The notes beneath the pieces were generated by a model. That model was not told the DNA's origin, did not search any database, and saw only the letters and a program-made list of their open reading frames with translations. This document shows positions 12,656 through 24,272 of a stretch of 64,000 nucleotides of DNA, in pieces; position 1 is the first letter of the stretch, and each line of letters opens with the position of its first letter. Origin of the DNA: Camelus dromedarius. Lineage: Eukaryota. The stretch covers positions 117,678,001-117,742,000 of the forward strand of contig NC_087436.1 in the NCBI RefSeq assembly GCF_036321535.1. The letters are read 5' to 3'. Both the position numbers and the translations under genes were made by a program.

Positions 12656-13289
12656 CACCCACCCGATACCTATCCCTGCTCCAGCCTCTCTCCCAGGGTG
12701 AGGTATGTGGTCCAGTCAGGCTTCCAAGCAGCCACAGTCTTGCTCCAGATCTCCTCTGCTAAACCAAGAAGACTCTGAAGGAGGGAAAAGACTTCTCCTT
12801 GAGGATGAGTTGAGTAGGACCTCCGGGAGGTAGGAGTTCATCAGGTAGAAAATGATGGGAAGAGACTTTCAATGAGAAGGAACAGCATGTGGGTTGATGG
12901 GGAGACCAAGGAGCCAGGAGAAGTTCACTGTGGTATGAAAAGACTGGAACAGGTGAAGTGTGTGTGTGCTGGCTTGGAACCTATGTCTCTCCGCCCCCAT
13001 CATGTCTCCATTGGAGAACAACCACCTCCCAGTGCCCCCAAACCTCCCCCCCGCCCCCGCCACACACACCCCATCTGTCCTAAAACTATGAGCGTCCCTG
13101 CCAATCCAGCGAGGCCCAGGCAAACGTTTGTGCGGTCATTTACCCCCAGCGTGTAACTCTTCCGGTCAGTCTCAGGGATTCCTTTGGTCTCAGAAATGGC
13201 CAAAGGCGAGGTAGGGGGCTGTTTAATTTACAAGAAGAAAACCTTGAAGATAATTACGCACTCTGCTGGAGTCTGAAATGGACAAAAGG

Positions 13290-13830
13290 CGTTTCATTAC
13301 TGGCGCCACCCCACCTCCCACCAAAGGAACCGATGTTCACCCGGGAGCCCCGACGCCCGCGCCCCCCCGCGATGTCCCCGGCGCGGCGGGGCAGGGACGG
13401 TCACCGCGCCCTCTCGCACTGTCTGGCCCCGTCGCTCGGCGGGCGCAGCCCCACCGGGATGGCCTTCGGAGCTGGACGGTCGCGCACACTTTGAAGTGCG
13501 TCCGGGCCTGATGAGGGGCTGGCTGGGCCGCGGGATCAAGTGTCAGCGCCGCCCCGAGACGCCGCGGGGCGGACAAAGGGCGCTCGGCCGCCTCGACGCG
13601 GGGAGGAGCGCGCGGCCCGCAGCGCGGAGCCGGACAAAGGCGGAGTCGGAGCGCGGCGGGGTCAGCGGGTGGCCGCGCCTGCCCCGCGCGCCCCGGCCCG
13701 GCTCCGCGACCCTCGAGCCCCGCCAGGGCCTCCCGGGGGCCGAAGCCGCAGCGCGGGCCCCTCCAACCGCAACAAGAGCGCGCCTCTGCCCGGCCCTGGC
13801 CCGAACGGAATTTTGGTGACAGCGCGACCT
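13290..13830. promoter_or_regulatory. CpG island (candidate promoter or enhancer)
   Basis: Very GC-rich with dense, undepleted CpG against a CpG-poor background. GC box GGGGCGG at about 13566. No repeat recognised. Confidence 0.85.
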
Positions 13831-13884
13831 GGGGTTTCTCCTACCATGGGTGAAGTTCCCACTGAGTGCAATGCTTTCTTTGCA

Positions 13885-14110
13885 CCGTAATAGTAAGGAC
13901 TTGAAGCGTCTACCTGCTAGGCACGCTTTTAAATCCAATGCAATATATGCAAGCTATTAACCCATTTCCTCCTCCCGAAAATTCCTCGAGTTAGGAGGAT
14001 GGTTAGCCCCATTCTACAGCTAAAGGAACTGAGGCACGAATTGAGGCACCAGATTGCAGAGCTAGACGTGGTGCTGCCAGACTGGTTGGCCCCAGAGTCC
14101 CCGACAGACT
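13885..14110 (-). mobile_element. MIR
   Basis: cccattctacagctaaaggaactgaggcac...tggccccagagtcc. Confidence 0.65.
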
Positions 14111-14119
14111 GTGTTTTCA

Positions 14120-14270
14120 TATTTGGTATTTTTGTTCATCTGCCCCTTTTTTTTTTTTTTGTATGTGCATTTATTTTGCTTTTTAAAAAATCTCCTGCAT
14201 CGAAATATTATTTATCTTGGCTACAGAGATTTTTGGCGCCCGTTTAAATTCTGCGTTCCAGGCAAGTGAA
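14120..14270. mobile_element. Possible hAT-type MITE fragment
   Basis: aatattatttatcttg...ttttggcgcccgtttaaattctgcgttccaggcaagtg resembles hAT-Tip100 MITE ends. Confidence 0.35.
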
Positions 14271-15219
14271 GGATGTAGTGTCTAGCTGGTACCCACTTCT
14301 CTTTACTGCCTGGTCTGGATTCCCCCAACAGTCTCCCGCAGCTGGGGTTACTGACTCCCCTGCAGATTTCAGAAAGGGAAAAACCGAAGCTCAAAGTTGC
14401 TGAGTGACTTCCCCAAGGCTTTCTGGCAGGCTAGTCTGACACCAGCCCTGAGCTAGTCATACCAAGTTCTGGTAACTTGCAGGACCTTAGGTACCTCTGT
14501 TTTGGAGATCCCAGCTCTCATCATAGCAAACGCTTAAAAAGCAACACCCTACACATTACATATAGCTTTTATACGATACAATGTTTGAAAGGATTTTTTT
14601 CATAACTTTAATTTCGCCTTACTTGGTTACAAGGCCCTAATTTATAATGGCTGCAATTTCTTAGGACTGATTGGGCGAACTGGGAAATTCTTGCAAAGTG
14701 AGAGAATCTAAATCGTTTTCACATGTGATGAAATTTTTAGGAATAATTAATTTAGCGAGTTAATGATGTTGACACGGTGCTACCTTCTGTAGACATTTAA
14801 TTAAACATTTATTAGTTTTGACTTCGCAGTTGCTTTTCTCACGGTGGAGCCAAAAATTACTTTGCCAGGGCTCCAAGATTTTTGTTGGAAAGCCCCCCTT
14901 GCATCTTGTGAGTTGCAGACACTTCCCCAGGGTACCCAACCCCTAGAATGGTCCCACCCTCTTGGGGCCCCGCCCACTCCCGTCCCGCCCCCATACTGGG
15001 GCGGGGGTAGGGGACGCCTCCCATCCTTCTAGTGTTTCGACTTTTAAGTGAGCAGAATCTCCTCTGGCTAAGCCTGGGCTAAGTTGTGAGCTTCCCCAGA
15101 GCAGGAACCAACTGTAACCAAATCTCAATCACCCTCCTGCTGCCTATAGAGGGAGGACGCTTGTCAATATTGATTTGAAAGTTGGGGGAAGGACGTGAGA
15201 TGGAAAGTGTACCAGAAAA

Positions 15220-15365
15220 GGGGTGGAGAGTCCTGGTGCTACCACTAATGCTGTGTGTCCCCAGGGAGCCCTCTGCCCCTCTCTGGGTCTCAGTTTCCCC
15301 TTCTGGGAGATGGAGATGGACCAGGAGGCTTCTAACATGATGCCTCTTCCAGCACTACCATTCTT
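15220..15365 (+). mobile_element. MIR
   Basis: gtcctggtgctaccactaatgctgtgtg...ctctctgggtctcagtttcccc. Confidence 0.6.
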
Positions 15366-16113
15366 CAACTGATATGGTTCATGGAAGAAACATTTTGGTT
15401 TCACCTGAATGAGCATTATGGGAAGGGAAGACGCCAAAGGTTGGCTTTGGCAAATGGGGTCCAATAAATGTTTCCAGCAGTGATGGCTTGCGATTCCCTG
15501 CGTTTTTTCTGGGTGCGATCTCTCCACTGCCCCCTACTTTCCCTTGCATCTTTAGCAGACACTACATAGCCTTCCTGTGTCTTGTGACATGCGTGACCAC
15601 CAGGCTGTAAGCACCTGTGAATCTTTACTGAGGACTGGGCACCAGGCTTGGCGGGTTCAGGTGCTTAATGCATGGTTGTCAGGGAAGAGTGCCTTTTCCA
15701 GATAAGGATACCGAGGCACAAAAAGAGGTAGTGGTCTATCTCAAAAATAATCCAGCTCCTGTGATGTTTCTGCACCATCTTCCTTGAAAGAGAGGATTTT
15801 CTATGTTTGCAAACTAGATGGACTTGTTACCTGTACCCAAACCACAAGCTGAGTGAGGTCAACCAAGGGCATTGCTTTCCTACCAGGACAGCTTTCAGGA
15901 GAGAAGACAGAGAACTGCCCTCCTTACTAAGGAAGCTCAACCTCATTCCTCGTCAATCCATTTAAACAATAGCTTCTGGCTAAAGGCAGCCATCTGGGAG
16001 CCCAGAAGCCCGGGTTCTGGCTCCGGTGCAAACATGCTTTGTGATTTGGAGCAATCCCTCACCCTCTCTGTGCATTTGTTTCCTTGGCAATAAGCCAGAA
16101 GGCTGGACTAGAG

Positions 16114-16254
16114 CAGTGCCTTTCTAGCACATCACCCGAGGATGCTGTTAAAATGTAGTCTGATTCTGGGGTCTGGAGTGGGGACAGAGAGTCTAACAAA
16201 CTCCCAGGTGATGCCATTGCTTCTGCCAGTCTCTGGACCAACTTTGAGTGCAAG
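16114..16254. mobile_element. MER5A-like hAT-Charlie MITE inside a MIR
   Basis: tctaacaaactcccaggtgatgcc...ggaccaactttgagtgcaag, flanked by ctagag on both sides. Confidence 0.75.
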
Positions 16255-16884
16255 GACCTAGAGGGCTTCTGAGGTCACTCTGGCTCTAAAAGTCCTGACC
16301 TTGAGCCCTGGCTTCAGGCACATGGAGAATGACAAAGAGTTGCACGGATTTAGGCCAGCTAGGGCAGTGCAGAATGTGAAATGATGCCAGGGGGTCCTTT
16401 CAACCAGCAGTTACAAAAATTGTCATCATCATCAACAACAAACATTTATACAGTGCGTTTCGCTGTCCAGAGCAGCTGTCACATCCTTGAACCCAGCTGA
16501 CCTCTGCATGCACCCTGGTGGGAGAGGAGGACATGGCTGGGGAATCTATTCAGACTGAGCCAGAGGATCTGGGGGAGAGCACAATGGCCCCCTAAACTAT
16601 TGTTTCCCAGCGGCCTTTTGATTTTCTGCGCATTTTTTTGGTGTCTGCTCTCTGACCCCTTCCTCCTTTGTCTCCTAATGCACCTCTTCCCCGGTCCTAA
16701 TTCTCCCCTCCCCCAAGACACTCATACACAATGTCAGGCGGAGAAACCCAGTGCATCCGCCCCCAGATTTCCCACTTTTGATCCTCTCCCCTCTGATCGA
16801 GTAGAAAGCAGCCTCGGGGCTTGGAATCTTGGCTCATTTCAGGGCAACATGGGGCAAATCACTTCATCTCATTTCTTATTGGTA

Positions 16885-17100
16885 ACAGTGTTAATTTTCC
16901 TTAAGGTGGCATCTGTTGAGGACTTATGTATTTCAAGACACTATGCTCAGTGACTCCATCCTTACCACAACCCTAGGGAGTAGGAACTATGACTGTCTCC
17001 TTTTAGTGGGTGGGGCAACTGAGGATTTAGGGAGTTTACCTGCCCAAAGTCCCCAGCTGGTCAGTGATGGAGTCAGGACTTCCAACCGTGGCTGATCGAC
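16885..17100 (-). mobile_element. MIR
   Basis: acaaccctagggagtagg...aactgagg...tgcccaaagtccccagctggtcagtgatggagtcagg. Confidence 0.6.
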
Positions 17101-17104
17101 ATCA

Positions 17105-17293
17105 AGGATCATTGTAGATTCACGTGCAGTGGTAAGAAGTAATACTGAGAGAGCTCGGGCACCCTCTATCCAGCCTCCCCCAATGACAACATCTTGCAAA
17201 GCCATCCTACAATATCACAATCGGGAGACTGACATTGATGCAATCCACCCACCTTATTCAGATTTTCCGTTTTATGTGTACTTACGTGTGTGT

Positions 17294-17331
<38 letters not shown>

Positions 17332-17830
17332 TTAGTTCTGTGCAATTTTAGCGTATTTGTAGGTCCATGCATTTACCACCACAGTCAAGATACCAAATAG
17401 CACCACAAGCACAAGGACCCTTCGTGTCACCCATATACAAACCACACCTATTATTCCCCTACCCCGAATCCCTAACCCCTGCAAGCACAAAATCTGTTCT
17501 CCAGGTCTATAATTTTGTGATTTCAAGAATGTTTTATAAATGGAAGCACACATTTATATGATTTTAGGGTTGACTTTTTTTCACCCAGCATAATTCCCTT
17601 GAGGATCACCTAAGTTGTTTCATGGTGCAATGGTTTGTTCCTTCTCATTGCTGATGGGTGTTCCATGGTTTGGAACCATTCACCCACTGTAAGACATTTG
17701 GGTTTCCAGCTTCTGTCTATTGTGAATAAAGCTGCAATGATCATTTGCGTACTGGTGTTGGTGTGAACACAAGTTTTCATGTTTCTAGGACAGATGCCCA
17801 AGAGTGTAAAGTCTTTGCTTTTCACTCCAG
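17105..17830 (-). mobile_element. Old L1 3' end (L1MD-like) containing (CA)n at about 17295-17328
   Basis: tagattcacgtgcagtggtaagaagtaatac, aatatcacaatcgggagactgacattgatgcaatcc, gtgaacacaagttttcatgtttctagg. Confidence 0.8.
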
Positions 17831-17937
17831 CTTTGTGCAGCCCTCCAGGTTGGTTGCAAAAATAATAATAACAACCAAAAAGGAGCAACAATTATTGAGA
17901 TTTTTACTATTTATTTGGCACCATTGTAAAAACTTTG

Positions 17938-18030
17938 GGGGTTGGGGGTATAGCTCAGTAATAGAGTACATGCTTAGCATGCACAAGGTCCTGGGGTCAC
18001 TCCCTAGTACCTCCATTAAAAAAACAAAAC
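17938..18030 (+). mobile_element. tRNA-derived SINE, camelid vic-1-like (5' part of chimera)
   Basis: gggggtatagctcagtaatagagtacatgcttagcatgcacaaggtcctgggg..ccctagtacctcc. Lacks the TAAATAAACCTAATTACC tail. Confidence 0.9.
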
Positions 18031-18324
18031 AAAACAGACTCATGGGCGTAGAAAACAAACTCTGGTTACCAAAGGGGAAAGGGCAGAGAGGGATAAATTA
18101 GGGGCCTGGGATTAACATATATACACTACTATACATAAAATGGATAAATAACAAGGACCTACTGTACAGCACAGGAAACTATATTCAATTTCTTGTAATA
18201 AAATATAATGGAAAAGGATGTGAAAAGAAAACATATATATATGTATATGTATAATCGAACTGCTTTTCTGTACACCTGAAACTAACATTGTAAATCAACT
18301 GTACTTCAATAAAAATAAAAAAAA
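18031..18324 (+). mobile_element. Young L1 3' UTR with poly(A) (3' part of chimera)
   Basis: Colinear with the L1 3' UTRs at 29310-29436 and 45600-45870. Ends AATAAA plus an A-run. Confidence 0.9.
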
Positions 18325-18559
18325 AAAAACTTTGCATGGATCAACTCATGAGTCCTCAAAGCAACCTTAGGCTTAAATACCACTTTTGTCTCTATTTTAC
18401 AGATCAGTAAACTGAGGAACAGAGAGGCTAAATAGTCTGAGGATACACAGGTTGTAAGTAGTTAAGCAAAGACTTGAACTCAGGGCTGTCTGACCCCAGA
18501 TCTGCCTCCTTAAGCACCACTCTACCTGTCCAGGAATTAAATTTCTGCTTTTGAGGGGC

Positions 18560-19410
18560 CAACTTTTTGTGGAATTAAAACATATATCCAGCAGTTTTCA
18601 CAAATCTTAAGTGTATGGCTCTAAAAATTTTTGCAAAATGAAGGATACTCCCTGGGAACCACCATTCAGATCAAGATACAGAGCATGACGCATGCCTGGA
18701 AGTCTTTCTCACGCCTGGTCCCAATCATTATCCCTGACCAGAGGGAACTGCTATTTAGATTTCTGTCACCATAGATTGCTTTTGCTTGCTTTTGGATTTT
18801 GTATAAATGAAAACACGCAGCGTGTTCTCTTTTGTGTCTGGCTTGCTTCACTCACCATCACGTCTGTGAGACTCATCCATGTAGCTGTGTGCAGCTGCAT
18901 TTTCTACTTGCTGTGTTGTATTCTATTGCGTGAATAAGCCACCACTTGTTTATCGCTTCTCCAGCTGAAGGACATGTAGTTTATTTCCAGTTTTTGGCTA
19001 CTGTGATGAACGCTGCTATAAATAATGGTGACAGGTATCTATTGGTGCATTTATACACACATTTCTGTTGGGTAGATACCTAGGAGTGGAATTGCTGCAT
19101 CTCACAGTATGATTTTGTCGGTTCTACCAAACAGGTTCCCAAAGTTTTGGTACCAATTTATACTGCCTCCAGCTGTATGAGAGAATTTCAACTGCTCCAC
19201 TGATTCTTGTCAACACTTGGCATTATCCCTTTTTATATTTTAGCCATTCTGGTGGATATATTGTGGAAACTCGTGGTTTTAATTGCATTTTCTTAATGAT
19301 TTATGATATTTAGTAGTTATTCATAGGTATACTGGCCATTTGGATGTCTTCTTAAATGGCTATTCAAGTCTTCCCTCCATTTTAAAGAAATGGAGCTGTT
19401 TTTCCCTTAA
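18560..19410 (-). mobile_element. Old L1 3' region (L1ME-like)
   Basis: accattcagatcaagatacagagcat, gggtagatacctaggagtggaattgctg, ttttagccattctggtgg. Confidence 0.8.
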
Positions 19411-19422
19411 TGAAACATAGAT

Positions 19423-19627
19423 CATAGGTCAGCAAATTTTTAAGTAAAAGCCAGATAGTAAATATTTCAGGCTTTGCAGGCTGTACAGTCATTCAGTTCT
19501 GGAGTTCTAGTAAGAAGCTGCTGTGGATAATATAGTAACAAATGGGTGCAGCTCTGTTCCAATAAAACTGTATAAAACCAGATGATGGCTTAGATTTGGC
19601 TGATGGTCTGTAGTTTGCTAACTCCTG
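19423..19627. mobile_element. MER58A-like hAT-Charlie MITE
   Basis: ggtcagcaaattt...ccagatagtaaatatttcaggctttgcagg...tgttccaataaaac...tagtttgctaactcctg. Confidence 0.85.
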
Positions 19628-19890
19628 GTTTACATAAGTGATTTTTTGGTTTTTTTTCTTTTCTAATATTTATATTTAAGTTTATGTTTCCTTGTAAACT
19701 CTGTGTTCATTGCATCCTACAAGTATTTAATGTCATTTTTCCTTACCTTTTAGCTAAAAATATTTTAGCATTTCCATTTTGTGTCCTATTAATTATTTAA
19801 AGGACTATATCTTTTTTTACTGGACCCCTATCTTACACCACTCACAAAAATTAACTTGAAAAGGACTAAAGACTTAAATATGACACCTGA

Positions 19891-20065
19891 TAGAAGGAGC
19901 ACTCCTAAACACTTCTGGTTTGGCCCTACCTGATTCAAGTTGATTTTTGCTCCAATAAACTCTTAAAATGTCAGTTTGTCTATTACTAGGTCTGGTGTCA
20001 GAAGAAGGTACCAGAGGAGACCCCTAAAGGTCCCCCCAGGAGCAATGAGCAACCACGTGTAGTTA
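19891..20065 (+). mobile_element. ERV fragment: LTR R/U5 end, tRNA-Leu-like primer-binding site and leader
   Basis: tgattc..ttttgctccaataaactc (AATAAA at 19954), then TGGTGTCAGAAG at 19993-20004. Confidence 0.55.
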
Positions 20066-21446
20066 TAGAAGGCTATATCTTAATTTCCAAACATTTAGGG
20101 GTTTCCTAGTTATGTTGTTATGGATTTCTAGCTTATTTCATTATAGTCAGAATATATCTGTACGATGATAATCCTTTCAAATTTGTTGAGGCTTGCTTTA
20201 TTGCACAGCATGTGGTTCATTTCTGTAAACATTCTATGTGCTCTTGAAAAGAATATATACCCAGAATTTGTTGGTTACAGTGCTCTCTATATTTTTGTTG
20301 GCTCAGGTTTATTAATTACATTGTTCAAGTCTTCTATATCTACTGAATCTTTGTCTATTCTTTTTTCCAATAACTGAATGAGCTATGTTAACATATCCAC
20401 TATGATTATGGATTTGATTATTTCTCCTTTTCTCTCAGTTTATGTTTATTATCTTGAGGCTATGTTATTAACTATGTGCAAATACAGATTTTGTATATTG
20501 CTTTGTTAAATTGGACTTTTTGATATTATGAAATATCTCTGGTAATAAATCTTGCCTTAAAGAATATATTATCTCTTTAACTATATGTTGCTAAAGACAT
20601 ACAGCTATCTCTATGTCTTTATGTTAATACAGCTAATAGCAATGATTTTATTGTTAACATACTTAATCAACTTCTCATTTCAATCCTTCTCATTTCAATT
20701 TTTCAGACTCCTTATATTTAAGCTACCTATTTCTTATAGTCACAATATAATTAAGTTTTCCTTTTTTAGGTATCTGACAATTTTTGCATTAATAAAGCAT
20801 TTTTGATTTGTGTTTAATTTTCTCTGCTCTGCTAACTTGTTCATCATACATTCTATTATTATTCCTGTACTCGTTACCCTACAGAAAAGGTCACCCTTGA
20901 CCTACTGCATCTACTTTTGGATGTCATCATTTCCTAGATAATACTTTTGCATTTTTATTTCCTACGTAAGGCAACACTTTCAGCCTGTTCATCCTTTTCT
21001 GCCTGTGTGCTATACTGTCCTGTATTTAATTCTTCATATATATTAATTCCCCAAGTACATTGTTACTTTTGTTTTAAATAGTATTTACTTATATTTACCA
21101 ATATATGTACCATTCCCATTACTCCTCATTTCTTCCTACCTTATTTGTGCTTCTATTTCAGATTATTTTCCTTTAATAATTTTTTTAGTGTTTCTCTTCT
21201 GGCAAAAAACTTTCTAAGTTTTTATTTGTCTAAAATATCTTTATTTTACTTTCATTAAAGAAATAGTATTTTCACTGGGTATGGAATTCTAGTTGGCTAT
21301 TAAAAGATGCCATTCCATTGCCTGGCTTCTATCATTTCTGTTGAGAAGTCTGTTGTCAGTCTTATTGTTGCTCTTTTAAAGATAAAAAGTATCTTTAAAG
21401 AGTAATCTCTTTGCTGTTAGTTTTCAGTTGTTTGACTATGATTTGC

Positions 21447-21863
21447 TGTCATAGAGTCTGACTCCTTATTTTGAAGCTTTGATGATGATAGCCTTCAAGG
21501 CCACCTCTCCCACCTCCCCCTTTGCCCCACGTCTGGGCAAACTCTGTACACTTCCTCCATCTGTGCCAGGGGGAAATTTGAACCACACAAGCCTGGCCCT
21601 CACCTGGGAAGCCTCATCCCAGCTCCATCCTCTAGTCACCATAAAAACTGAAGGCAGCCTTTTTTCCTGGCTCTTTCGCTCTCTTTTTGGACCTGCTAGA
21701 GGTAGCTGGCACTGCTCTCCCCAGAAGCCTCATTATGTGAGTAACAAACCTTTTCTTTCCCTGCTGGTGCATGTTTGACGTCATCAGTCTCAACATCTGA
21801 ACCAAATTTTGAATGGATGGGTTGAGGGGTGGGGAATTTATTCACTTCTTGGGGGTGAACACA
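21447..21863 (+). mobile_element. Solo ERV LTR (family not assigned)
   Basis: TGTC...ACA ends, GC-richer than the host L1, TATA-like cataaaaa at about 21640, poly(A)-like gagtaacaaacc. Confidence 0.65.
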
Positions 21864-22004
21864 ATGTGTGTCTACAAATGTGGTTTCTATTCTTTGTATT
21901 TATCCTGCTTGGCATTTGTAAAGATTCTTGAATCTGTGGGTTGATATCTCTAATCAAACTTGAAAAAATCCTGAGCCATTTTCTTGTCAATAATTGATTT
22001 TGCC

Positions 22005-22499
22005 TCTATTAGAGTTCTACAAAGAATGAACCAGCATGATATATACAAAATATATGTATCTATATCCTCTCTCTATAGATATATATCTATAGAGGTATAG
22101 ATTTATTTATAGGGAATTATTTATTTTTTAGGAATTAACTCACACAATTGTGAGGGCTGGCAAGTCCAAAATTTGTAAGGCAAACCAGTTAGAGATTCAG
22201 GTAAGAGTTAATGTTGCAGTCTTGGGTCCAAATGCTGGAAACTCAGGCAGAATTTCTTTGTTGCAGTCTGGAGGCAGACTTCCCTCTTCAGGATTCCTTA
22301 GTCTTTACTCTTAAGGCCTTAAACTGTTTAGATGAGGCCCACCTATATTATGTAGGATAATCAGATTTACTCAAAGTCAACTGATTGTAAATGTTAATCA
22401 CATCTTAAAAAATGCCTTTATAGCAACATTTGGACTACTGTTTGACCAAATAATGGGTCACCATAGTTTAGTCAAGTTAGCATACAATATTAACCATCA
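22005..22499 (-). mobile_element. MLT2 (ERVL) LTR
   Basis: ggaattaactcacacaattgtgagggctggcaagtccaaaatttgtaagg, gatgaggcccacc, aatgttaatcacatct, ttaaccatca. Confidence 0.85.
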
Positions 22500-23974
22500 A
22501 ATACCCCATTTTTTTTCTCTCCTCTATTCTTGGGACTCCAATAGGAAATTGCTAAATTTTCCCACCTGGTTATACGTCTAATTTTATGTATTTTTAATCC
22601 TCTTTTTTCTCTGGTATAATTTGAATATTTTATAATCCTATTTTCTGGCTCACTAGATTTCTTCTTTGATAGATTTATTAACCTCAAAAAATTGAAATTT
22701 TATTTTCTATTATGTATTTTTTCAATTTTAGGATTTCCAGTGGATTCTTTTTTAATAGATGCCAATTTCTGGTGATTTTCTCCATCATTTCTTCTCTTTT
22801 CTTGGGCATGTTAATCATGGTTATTTTAAACTTTATGTCTGAAAACTCCAATATTTGGTTCCTCTGTAGTCTGTTTTCACTCTTTGTTTTTCTCTTAACT
22901 TTTAATATTCAATCCTATTTCTATTCTGTCTGATAAATTTTTATTGCATTCTGGAAATTGTCTATGAAAAATTATTGAGCTCCTGGATGAGATCATAATC
23001 TTCCAGAAAGGGTTTGGTTGTCTTTTATTGGCAGATAAAGTTAGCTGCACCATCTTCATCCAGTCATGTCTGTCTGCCCCCTATTTATTACATGCTTAGA
23101 GCACAGCCCTTCAGGATCTCAGCAGAGAGCCTGAGGTATTTATTTGGAACTCTCATTCTTGATTTACCCTGAACTCCAATTTTTGTTTCCCCAACCCCAC
23201 AAGATTGCCAACTTCTGTGCTTAACCACCTAGCAATTGCTTACTAGTTGGGGTCTCTGGGTCTCTCTCCCTGTGACTGCATATATTTGGTACATCTTTTG
23301 TGGCGAGATTGAGTGCAGACTATAGAATTCACTTCCCCATGGTTCCCCATTCCCCTGGTAGCTTGTCCCCTCCATCATGGGTGCTCGGTACCCCTTATCT
23401 CTGATTTTTTTCTTTATCCTTCTAATCCCAGTAAGATGCTGCCTTATGTTCTAGATTGCTGCTTTTGATTCAGCCTCTGAAAACCACCCCAAGAGCTAAA
23501 ATCAATAGAAGAAGTAAGCGTGTGTTCCTCTGGGGTCTTGATCCCTCTAGTCTGATCTGACTGGGATATTCTTGATGCTTTCAAACAGCTCTTTGGGGAA
23601 AAAAAATCAGCCCTTATCGTTGTTCTCAGTGACAAGTTTGGTCTGACTACTTTTGTATAGCCAAAAGTAGAGGATGTCTGAACTAAGTTTTGCACAGGAT
23701 TTGCACGAAGAAAGTTTTTAACTCACTATGAGTTCTCTTCCCAAATGAAAAAATGTTAACGTTTTGTCTGGACAGTGAAGGAGGGACCCCAGTGTTCTTT
23801 GCTTACTCAAGACATGCAGTTGTTCTAATTGCACTGAAAGGAAGCTCTTGTTTCAGAGTGAAGAGGGGAGAGTCTTTCTGTCTTATATCAGCACAGAAGA
23901 CCAGGTGGGAAAGCTTGAGACTGGCAGGAACTTCAGAGACCAGCTGGGGTTCAAGGTCCTATCATGGATGTTCT

Positions 23975-24125
23975 TTTTCCCTTTTTTTTTTTTTTTTAAT
24001 AATTTTTTTGATGGAGGAGGCAATTAGGTATTTATTTATTTATTTATAATGGAGGTACAGGGGATTGAACCCAGGACCTTGTGCATGCTAGGCACGTGCT
24101 CTACCACTGAGCTACACCCTTCCCC
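23975..24125 (-). mobile_element. tRNA-derived SINE, camelid vic-1-like
   Basis: Full head and tail. TSD TCATG(G/A)ATGTTCT at 23962-23974 and 24126-24138. Confidence 0.93.
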
Positions 24126-24272
24126 TCATGAATGTTCTCTAGTGGGCAAGAGAGGCTCCTGACACGGTATCTAACCAGCATTTGTGCTTTCATCAGGTTC
24201 CTAAAAGGTCCCTGGGGACAAAAAAGGCAAGTCCAGTGACCTGATTGGAGGTCTGAGGCAGCCTAAGAGAAG

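Larger units (their letters stand above)
17860..18525 (-). mobile_element. MIR split by a SINE-L1 chimera (MIR parts about 17860-17937 and 18335-18525)
   Basis: Removing the insert and one TSD copy restores a continuous MIR: ttattgag..ttactat..ggcaccattgtaaaaactttgcatggatcaactcatgagtcctc...tattttacagatcagtaaactgagg. Confidence 0.75.
19640..23700 (-). mobile_element. Degraded ancient L1 body hosting nested insertions
   Basis: T-rich antisense L1 motifs (aaatttgttgaggcttgcttta, tttctgttgagaagtctgttgtcagtcttattgttgctc, tttatcctgcttgg...cttgaatctgtggg). Confidence 0.65.

Noticed and set aside
13278..13938. Several overlapping ORFs of 69-131 aa on both strands
   Set aside because: These are Arg/Pro/Gly/Ala-rich translations expected from stop-codon scarcity in a CpG island. 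No recognisable domain or exon structure.
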